Of a stretch of DNA of 64,000 nt, positions 1 through 8,825 are shown piece by piece. Location: assembly GCA_964016885.1 (NCBI GenBank), contig OZ024743.1, positions 211,668,001-211,732,000 on the forward strand, given 5' to 3'. Origin of the DNA: Eledone cirrhosa. Its lineage: Eukaryota. The notes under the pieces were generated by a model. That model did no database searches, had not been told where the DNA came from, and saw nothing but the letters and a program-made list of their open reading frames with translations. Each line of letters starts with the position of its first letter. The first letter of the stretch is position 1. Both the position numbers and the translations under genes were made by a program.

Positions 1-20
1 ACAACCAATGTGTGTCTGCA

Positions 21-217
21 CATGTACCAGTAATTACAGATCGATCCGACCACGGGCGGCCGGCCCGCGATTGAAAAGGTAACTCCGCCGGCAAATCGTC
101 ATTTTTGTGATTCGTTTTCTTCGAAGCACACCATTCGCCGCCGGACTTCAGCTGCCTCATTTAGCATGGGCAGTTTTTTTTTTAAATCACACCACACACA
201 ACCAATGTGTGTCTGCA
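21..217. repeat. Representative monomer class A (197 bp; L1+R1). Sub-variant A' has 'gtgatccg' instead of 'gtgattcg' (e.g. 613-809)
   Basis: Anchor-to-anchor distance 21->218 = 197. The GC-rich left module 'gggcggccggcccgcgattgaaaagg...cattcgccgccg' is followed by 'gactt' and the right module 'cagctgcctcatttagcatgggcag(T8-10)...atcacaccacacacaaccaatg'. Confidence 0.95.
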
Positions 218-385
218 CATGTACCAGTAATTACAGATCGATCCCACCACGAGTTCAATGTAAACTAACTTACGCTCAACGACTTTGTTGACGTTTAACA
301 CGGTTTGGTTCCACAGCCACAACTATTGATTTTAAGGAGATATCTTGCTGAAATTCACGCCACACATAGCCAATGAGTGTCTGCA
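218..385. repeat. Representative monomer class B (168 bp; L2+R2)
   Basis: Distance 218->386 = 168. The short left module 'gagttcaatgtaaactaacttacgctcaac' (251-280) is followed by 'gactt' and the long right module 'tgttgacgtttaacacgg...aaggagatatcttgctgaaattcacgcc'. Confidence 0.95.
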
Positions 386-612
386 CATGTACCAGTAATT
401 ACAGATCGATCCGACACGGGGCGGCCGGCCCGCGATTGAAAAGGTAACTCCGCCGGCAAATCGTCATTTTTGGATTCGTTTTCTTCGAAGCACACCATTC
501 GCCGGCGGACTTTGTTGACGTTTAACACGGTTTGGTTCCACAGCCACAACTATTGATTTTAAGGAGATATCTTGCTGAAATTCACGCCACACATAGCCAA
601 TGAGTGTCGGCA
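386..612. repeat. Representative monomer class C (227 bp 'ttggattcg' form; 228 bp 'tgtgattcg' form, e.g. 1571-1798); L1+R2 chimera
   Basis: Distances 386->613 = 227 and 1571->1799 = 228. The left part matches A/D up to 'gactt' (508-512) and the right part matches B. Confidence 0.95.
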
Positions 613-701
613 CATGTACCAGTAATTACAGATCGATCCGACCACGGGCGGCCGGCCCGCGATTGAAAAGGTAACTCCGCCGGCAAATCGTCATTTTTGT
701 G

Positions 702-718
702 ATCCGTTTTCTTCGAAG
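702..718 (-). other. CENP-B-box-like 17-mer CTTCGAAGAAAACGGAT (first example; recurs in 'gtgatccg' A' and E monomers)
   Basis: The reverse complement of 'atccgttttcttcgaag' matches 8 of 9 core positions of NTTCGNNNNANNCGGGN and 12 of 17 positions of the human box CTTCGTTGGAAACGGGA. This is sequence resemblance only; no function is shown. Confidence 0.35.
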
Positions 719-809
719 CACACCATTCGCCGCCGGACTTCAGCTGCCTCATTTAGCATGGGCAGTTTTTTTTGAAAATCACACCACACACAACCAATGT
801 GTGTCTGCA

Positions 810-1005
810 CATGTACCAGTAATTACAGATCGATCCCACCACGGGCGGCCGGCCCACAATCGAAAAGGTTACTCCGCCTGCAAATCGTCATTTTCGGATT
901 CGTTTTCTTCGAAGCACACCATTCGCCGGCGGACTTCAGCTGCCTCATTTAGCATGGGCAGTTTTTCTTGAAGATCACACCACACACGGCCAATGAGTGT
1001 CTGCA
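810..1005. repeat. Representative monomer class D (196 bp; D1 'cccacaatcg'; D2 'cccgcgattg', usually with 'gatggatcc', e.g. 1799-1994)
   Basis: Distance 810->1006 = 196. Diagnostic strings are 'aaggttactccgcctgcaaat', 'ttttcggattcg' and 'gtttttcttgaagatc'. Confidence 0.93.
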
Positions 1006-1205
1006 CATGTACCAGTAATTAGAGATCGATCCGACCACGGGCGGCCGGCCCACGATCGAGAAAAAGGTAACTCCGCCGGCAAATCGTCATTTTTGTGATC
1101 CGTTTTCTTCGAAGCACACCATTCGCCGCCGGACTTCAGCTGCCTCATTTAGCATGGGCAGTTTTTTTTGAAAATCACACCACACACAACCAATGTGTGT
1201 CTGCA
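1006..1205. repeat. Representative monomer class E (200 bp)
   Basis: Distance 1006->1206 = 200. Diagnostic strings are 'taattagagatcg' and 'cccacgatcgagaaaaaggt', a segment 3 bp longer than in A. Confidence 0.93.
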
Positions 1206-1798
1206 CATGTACCAGTAATTACAGATCGATCCGACCACGGGCGGCCGGCCCGCGATTGAAAAGGTAACTCCGCCGGCAAATCGTCATTTTTGTGATTCGT
1301 TTTCTTCGAAGCACACCATTCGCCGCCGGACTTCAGCTGCCTCATTTAGCATGGGCAGTTTTTTTTGAAAATCACACCACACACAACCAATGTGTGTCTG
1401 CACATGTACCAGTAATTACAGATCGATCCCACCACGAGTTCAATGTAAACAAACTTACGCTCAACGACTTTGTTGACGTTTAACACGGTTTGGTTCCACA
1501 GCCACAACTATTGATTTTACGGAGATATCTTGCTGAAATTCACGCCACACATAGCCAATGAGTGTCTGCACATGTACCAGTAATTACAGATCGATCCGAC
1601 CAGGGGCGGCCGGCCCGCGATTGAAAAGGTAACTCCGCCGGCAAATCGTCATTTTTGTGATTCGTTTTCTTCGAAGCACACCATTCGCCGGCGGACTTTG
1701 TTGACGTTTAACACGGTTTGGTTCCACAGCCACAACTATTGATTTTAAGGAGATATCTTGCTGAAATTCACGCCACACATAGCCAATGAGTGTCTGCA

Positions 1799-3320
1799 CA
1801 TGTACCAGTAATTACAGATGGATCCCACCACGGGCGGCCGGCCCGCGATTGAAAAGGTTACTCCGCCTGCAAATCGTCATTTTCGGATTCGTTTTCTTCG
1901 AAGCACACCATTCGCCGGCGGACTTCAGCTGCCTCATTTAGCATGGGCAGTTTTTCTTGAAGATCACACCACACACAGCCAATGAGTGTCTGCAGATGTA
2001 CCAGTAATTAGAGATCGATCCGACCACGGGCGGCCGGCCCACGATCGAGAAAAAGGTAACTCCGCCGGCAAATCGTCATTTTTGTGATCCGTTTTCTTCG
2101 AAGCACACCATTCGCCGCCGGACTTCAGCTGCCTCATTTAGGATGGGCAGTTTTTTTTGAAAATCACACCACACACAACCAATGTGTGTCTGCACATGTA
2201 CCAGTAATTACAGATCGATCCGACCACGGGCGGCCGGCCCGCGATTGAAAAGGTAACTCCGCCGGCAAATCGTCATTTTTGTGATTCGTTTTCTTCGAAG
2301 CACACCATTCGCCGCCGGACTTCAGCTGCCTCATTTAGCATGGGCAGTTTTTTTTTAAAATCACACCACACACAACCAATGTGTGTCTGCACATGTACCA
2401 GTAATTACAGATCGATCCCACCACGAGTTCAATGAAAACTAACTTACGCTCAACGACTTTGTTGACGTTTAACACGGTTTGGTTCCACAGCCACAACTAT
2501 TGATTTTAAGGAGATATCTTGCTGAAATTCACGCCACACATAGCCAATGAGTGTCTGCACATGTACCAGTAATTACAGATGGATCCCACCACGGGCGGCC
2601 GGCCCGCGATTGAAAAGGTTACTCCGCCTGCAAATCGTCATTTTCGGATTCGTTTTCTTCGAAGCACACCATTCGCCGGCGGACTTCAGCTGCCTCATTT
2701 AGCATGGGCAGTTTTTCTTGAAGATCACACCACACACAGCCAATGAGTGTCTGCAGATGTACCAGTAATTAGAGATCGATCCGACCACGGGCGGCCGGCC
2801 CACGATCGAGAAAAAGGTAACTCCGCCGGCAAATCGTCATTTTTGTGATCCGTTTTCTTCGAAGCACACCATTCGCCGCCGGACTTCAGCTGCCTCATTT
2901 AGGATGGGCAGTTTTTTTTGAAAATCACACCACACACAACCAATGTGTGTCTGCACATGTACCAGTAATTACAGATCGATCCGACCACGGGCGGCCGGCC
3001 CGCGATTGAAAAGGTAACTCCGCCGGCAAATCGTCATTTTTGTGATTCGTTTTCTTCGAAGCACACCATTCGCCGCCGGACTTCAGCTGCCTCATTTAGC
3101 ATGGGCAGTTTTTTTTTAAAATCACACCACACACAACCAATGTGTGTCTGCACATGTACCAGTAATTACAGATCGATCCCACCACGAGTTCAATGAAAAC
3201 TAACTTACGCTCAACGACTTTGTTGACGTTTAACACGGTTTGGTTCCACAGCCACAACTATTGATTTTAAGGAGATATCTTGCTGAAATTCACGCCACAC
3301 ACAGCCAATGAGTGTCTGCA
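1799..3320. repeat. 761-bp 4-mer (D2-E-A-B) tandem duplication
   Basis: Anchors 1799/2560, 1995/2756, 2195/2956 and 2392/3153 are all 761 apart. Both copies carry the T9-A4 tract and 'caatgaaaactaac'. Confidence 0.85.
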
Positions 3321-5467
3321 CATGTACCAGTAATTAGAGATCGATCCGACCACGGGCGGCCGGCCCACGATCGAGAAAAAGGTAACTCCGCCGGCAAATC
3401 GTCATTTTTGTGATCCGTTTTCTTCGAAGCACACCATTCGCCGCCGGACTTCAGCTGCCTCATTTAGCATGGGCAGTTTTTTTTGAAAATCACACCACAC
3501 ACAACCAATGTGTGTCTGCACATGTACCAGTAATTACAGATCGATCCGACCACGGGCAGCCGGCCCGCGATTGAAAAGGTAACTCCGCCGGCAAATCGTC
3601 ATTTTTGTGATTCGTTTTCTTCGAAGCACACCATTCGCCGCCGGACTTCAGCTGCCTCATTTAGCATGGGCAGTTTTTTTTGAAAATCACACCACACACA
3701 ACCAATGTGTGTCTGCACATGTACCAGTAATTACAGATCGATCCCACCACGAGTTCAATGTAAACAAACTTACGCTCAACGACTTTGTTGACGTTTAACA
3801 CGGTTTGGTTCCACAGCCACAACTATTGATTTTACGGAGATATCTTGCTGAAATTCACGCCACACATAGCCAATGAGTGTCTGCACATGTACCAGTAATT
3901 ACAGATCGATCCGACCAGGGGCGGCCGGCCCGCGATTGAAAAGGTAACTCCGCCGGCAAATCGTCATTTTTGTGATTCGTTTTCTTCGAAGCACACCATT
4001 CGCCGGCGGACTTCAGCTGCCTCATTTAGCATGGGCAGTTTTTCTTGAAGATCACACCACACACAGCCAATGAGTGTCTGCAGATGTACCAGTAATTAGA
4101 GATCGATCCGACCACGGGCGGCCGGCCCACGATCGAGAAAAAGGTAACTCCGCCGGCAAATCGTCATTTTTGTGATCCGTTTTCTTCGAAGCACACCATT
4201 CGCCGCCGGACTTCAGCTGCCTCATTTAGGATGGGCAGTTTTTTTTGAAAATCACACCACACACAACCAATGTGTGTCTGCACATGTACCAGTAATTACA
4301 GATCGATCCGACCACGGGCGGCCGGCCCGCGATTGAAAAGGTAACTCCGCCGGCAAATCGTCATTTTTGTGATTCGTTTTCTTCGAAGCACACCATTCGC
4401 CGCCGGACTTCAGCTGCCTCATTTAGCATGGGCAGTTTTTTTTTTAAATCACACCACACACAACCAATGTGTGTCTGCACATGTACCAGTAATTACAGAT
4501 CGATCCCACCACGAGTTCAATGAAAACTAACTTACGCTCAACGACTTTGTTGACGTTTAACACGGTTTGGTTCCACAGCCACAACTATTGATTTTAAGGA
4601 GATATCTTGCTGAAATTCACGCCACACATAGCCAATGAGTGTCTGCACATGTACCAGTAATTACAGATCGATCCGACCAGGGGCGGCCGGCCCGCGATTG
4701 AAAAGGTAACTCCGCCGGCAAATCGTCATTTTTGGATTCGTTTTCTTCGAAGCACACCATTCGCCGGCGGACTTTGTTGACGTTTAACACGGTTTGGTTC
4801 CACAGCCACAACTATTGATTTTAAGGAGATATCTTGCTGAAATTCACGCCACACATAGCCAATGAGTGTCTGCACATGTACCAGTAATTACAGATCGATC
4901 CGACCACGGGCGGCCGGCCCGCGATTGAAAAGGTAACTCCGCCGGCAAATCGTCATTTTTGTGATCCGTTTTCTTCGAAGCACACCATTCGCCGCCGGAC
5001 TTCAGCTGCCTCATTTAGCATGGGCAGTTTTTTTTGAAAATCACACCACACACAACCAATGTGTGTCTGCACATGTACCAGTAATTACAGATCGATCCCA
5101 CCACGGGCGGCCGGCCCACAATCGAAAAGGTTACTCCGCCTGCAAATCGTCATTTTCGGATTCGTTTTCTTCGAAGCACACCATTCGCCGGCGGACTTCA
5201 GCTGCCTCATTTAGCATGGGCAGTTTTTCTTGAAGATCACACCACACACAGCCAATGAGTGTCTGCACATGTACCAGTAATTAGAGATCGATCCGACCAC
5301 GGGCGGCCGGCCCACGATCGAGAAAAATGTAACTCCGCCGGCAAATCGTCATTTTTGTGATCCGTTTTCTTCGAAGCACACCATTCGCCGCCGGACTTCA
5401 GCTGCCTCATTTAGCATGGGCAGTTTTTTTTGAAAATCACACCACACACAACCAATGTGTGTCTGCA

Positions 5468-8400
5468 CATGTACCAGTAATTACAGATCGATCCGACCAC
5501 GGGCGGCCGGCCCGCGATTGAAAAGGTAACTCCGCCGGCAAATCGTCATTTTTGTGATTCGTTTTCTTCGAAGCACACCATTCGCCGCCGGACTTCAGCT
5601 GCCTCATTTAGCATGGGCAGTTTTTTTTGAAAATCACACCACACACAACCAATGTGTGTCTGCACATGTACCAGTAATTACAGATCGATCCCACCACGAG
5701 TTCAATGTAAACAAACTTACGCTCAACGACTTTGTTGACGTTTAACACGGTTTGGTTCCACAGCCACAACTATTGATTTTACGGAGATATCTTGCTGAAA
5801 TTCACGCCACACATAGCCAATGAGTGTCTGCACATGTACCAGTAATTACAGATCGATCCGACCAGGGGCGGCCGGCCCGCGATTGAAAAGGTAACTCCGC
5901 CGGCAAATCGTCATTTTTGTGATTCGTTTTCTTCGAAGCACACCATTCGCCGGCGGACTTTGTTGACGTTTAACACGGTTTGGTTCCACAGCCACAACTA
6001 CTGATTTTAAGGAGATATCTTGCTGAAATTCACGCCACACATAGCCAATGAGTGTCTGCACATGTACCAGTAATTACAGATCGATCCGACCACGGGCGGC
6101 CGGCCCGCGATTGAAAAGGTAACTCCGCCGGCAAATCGTCATTTTTGTGATCCGTTTTCTTCGAAGCACACCATTCGCCGCCGGACTTCAGCTGCCTCAT
6201 TTAGCATGGGCAGTTTTTTTTGAAAATCACACCACACACAACCAATGTGTGTCTGCACATGTACCAGTAATTACAGATCGATCCCACCACGGGCGGCCGG
6301 CCCACAATCGAAAAGGTTACTCCGCCTGCAAATCGTCATTTTCGGATTCGTTTTCTTCGAAGCACACCATTCGCCGGCGGACTTCAGCTGCCTCATTTAG
6401 CATGGGCAGTTTTTCTTGAAGATCACACCACACACAGCCAATGAGTGTCTGCACATGTACCAGTAATTAGAGATCGATCCGACCACGGGCGGCCGGCCCA
6501 CGATCGAGAAAAAGGTAACTCCGCCGGCAAATCGTCATTTTTGTGATCCGTTTTCTTCGAAGCACACCATTCGCCGCCGGACTTCAGCTGCCTCATTTAG
6601 CATGGGCAGTTTTTTTTGAAAATCACACCACACACAACCAATGTGTGTCTGCACATGTACCAGTAATTACAGATCGATCCGACCACGGGCGGCCGGCCCG
6701 CGATTGAAAAGGTAACTCCGCCGGCAAATCGTCATTTTTGTGATTCGTTTTCTTCGAAGCACACCATTCGCCGCCGGACTTCAGCTGCCTCATTTAGCAT
6801 GGGCAGTTTTTTTTGAAAATCACACCACACACAACCAATGTGTGTCTGCACATGTACCAGTAATTACAGATCGATCCCACCACGGGCGGCCGGCCCACAA
6901 TCGAAAAGGTTACTCCGCCTGCAAATCGTCATTTTCGGATTCGTTTTCTTCGAAGCACACCATTCGCCGGCGGACTTCAGCTGCCTCATTTAGCATGGGC
7001 AGTTTTTTTTGAAAATCACACCACACACAACCAATGTGTGTCTGCACATGTACCAGTAATTACAGATCGATCCGACCACGGGCGGCCGGCCCGCGATTGA
7101 AAAGGTAACTCCGCCGGCAAATCGTCATTTTTGTGATTCGTTTTCTTCGAAGCACACCATTCGCCGCCGGACTTCAGCTGCCTCATTTAGCATGGGCAGT
7201 TTTTTTTGAAAATCACACCACACACAACCAATGTGTGTCTGCACATGTACCAGTAATTACAGATCGATCCCACCACGAGTTCAATGTAAACAAACTTACG
7301 CTCAACGACTTTGTTGACGTTTAACACGGTTTGGTTCCACAGCCACAACTATTGATTTTACGGAGATATCTTGCTGAAATTCACGCCACACATAGCCAAT
7401 GAGTGTCTGCACATGTACCAGTAATTACAGATCGATCCGACCAGGGGCGGCCGGCCCGCGATTGAAAAGGTAACTCCGCCGGCAAATCGTCATTTTTGTG
7501 ATTCGTTTTCTTCGAAGCACACCATTCGCCGGCGGACTTTGTTGACGTTTAACACGGTTTGGTTCCACAGCCACAACTACTGATTTTAAGGAGATATCTT
7601 GCTGAAATTCACGCCACACATAGCCAATGAGTGTCTGCACATGTACCAGTAATTACAGATCGATCCGACCACGGGCGGCCGGCCCGCGATTGAAAAGGTA
7701 ACTCCGCCGGCAAATCGTCATTTTTGTGATCCGTTTTCTTCGAAGCACACCATTCGCCGCCGGACTTCAGCTGCCTCATTTAGCATGGGCAGTTTTTTTT
7801 GAAAATCACACCACACACAACCAATGTGTGTCTGCACATGTACCAGTAATTACAGATCGATCCCACCACGGGCGGCCGGCCCACAATCGAAAAGGTTACT
7901 CCGCCTGCAAATCGTCATTTTCGGATTCGTTTTCTTCGAAGCACACCATTCGCCGGCGGACTTCAGCTGCCTCATTTAGCATGGGCAGTTTTTCTTGAAG
8001 ATCACACCACACACAGCCAATGAGTGTCTGCACATGTACCAGTAATTAGAGATCGATCCGACCACGGGCGGCCGGCCCACGATCGAGAAAAAGGTAACTC
8101 CGCCGGCAAATCGTCATTTTTGTGATCCGTTTTCTTCGAAGCACACCATTCGCCGCCGGACTTCAGCTGCCTCATTTAGCATGGGCAGTTTTTTTTGAAA
8201 ATCACACCACACACAACCAATGTGTGTCTGCACATGTACCAGTAATTACAGATCGATCCGACCACGGGCGGCCGGCCCGCGATTGAAAAGGTAACTCCGC
8301 CGGCAAATCGTCATTTTTGTGATTCGTTTTCTTCGAAGCACACCATTCGCCGCCGGACTTCAGCTGCCTCATTTAGCATGGGCAGTTTTTTTTGAAAATC

Positions 8401-8625
8401 ACACCACACACAACCAATGTGTGTCTGCACATGTACCAGTAATTACAGATCGATCCCACCACGGGCGGCCGGCCCACAATCGAAAAGGTTACTCCGCCTG
8501 CAAATCGTCATTTTCGGATTCGTTTTCTTCGAAGCACACCATTCGCCGGCGGACTTCAGCTGCCTCATTTAGCATGGGCAGTTTTTCTTGAAGATCACAC
8601 CACACACAGCCAATGAGTGTCTGCA
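5468..8625. repeat. 1579-bp 8-mer tandem duplication
   Basis: ORF offsets 5554->7133, 5846->7425, 6147->7726 and 6740->8319 are all 1579. The private SNV 'aactactg' was seen only at ~6001 and ~7580. Confidence 0.88.
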
Positions 8626-8825
8626 CATGTACCAGTAATTAGAGATCGATCCGACCACGGGCGGCCGGCCCACGATCGAGAAAAATGTAACTCCGCCGGC
8701 AAATCGTCATTTTTGTGATCCGTTTTCTTCGAAGCACACCATTCGCCGCCGGACTTCAGCTGCCTCATTTAGCATGGGCAGTTTTTTTTGAAAATCACAC
8801 CACACACAACCAATGTGTGTCTGCA

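Larger units (their letters stand above)
218..2391. repeat. One copy of the basic 2174-bp 11-mer HOR (B-C227-A'-D1-E-A-B-C228-D2-E-A = 1185 + 989 bp)
   Basis: The measured monomer lengths 168+227+197+196+200+197+168+228+196+200+197 sum to 2174. The same period appears in ORF offsets 26622->28796, 26966->29140 and 27559->29733. Confidence 0.88.

Noticed and set aside
133-151. Minus-strand 'ctgaagt...gaat' as a possible hammerhead ribozyme core, as in newt, schistosome and cricket satellites
   Set aside because: It does not match CUGANGA...GAAA, and I could not build stems I-III around it. An Infernal/Rfam scan would be the definitive test.
70-187. Phased A/T tracts suggesting intrinsic DNA curvature
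   Set aside because: A4-T10 tracts are present, but their spacing is irregular and not a sustained ~10.5-bp series.
188-212. (CA)n/(TG)n microsatellite or telomeric repeat
   Set aside because: There are only 3-4 dinucleotide units, fixed within the monomer, and no TTAGGG-type tandem repeats.
21-217. Identity with known satellites of similar length (Trypanosoma cruzi 195-bp satellite, primate 171-bp alpha-satellite, Arabidopsis CEN178)
   Set aside because: Only the length is similar. I see none of the sequence I recall for those families, so no family or organism is assigned.
118-320. tRNA/5S/SINE-derived Pol III B-box-like strings ('cttcgaagc', 'gttcaatg', 'ggttccacagcc')
   Set aside because: Each deviates from GTTCRANNC, and I found no A box at suitable spacing, cloverleaf or 5S similarity.
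333-398. Shine-Dalgarno-like 'aaggagatat' followed by a TTG-initiated 17-codon frame (LLKFTPHIANECLHMYQ), with 'ttgacg' upstream resembling a -35 box
   Set aside because: There is no -10 element at proper spacing from 'ttgacg'. The motif is mutated in some copies ('acggag', 'aaagag') and the context is a eukaryote-type satellite, so it is most likely coincidental.
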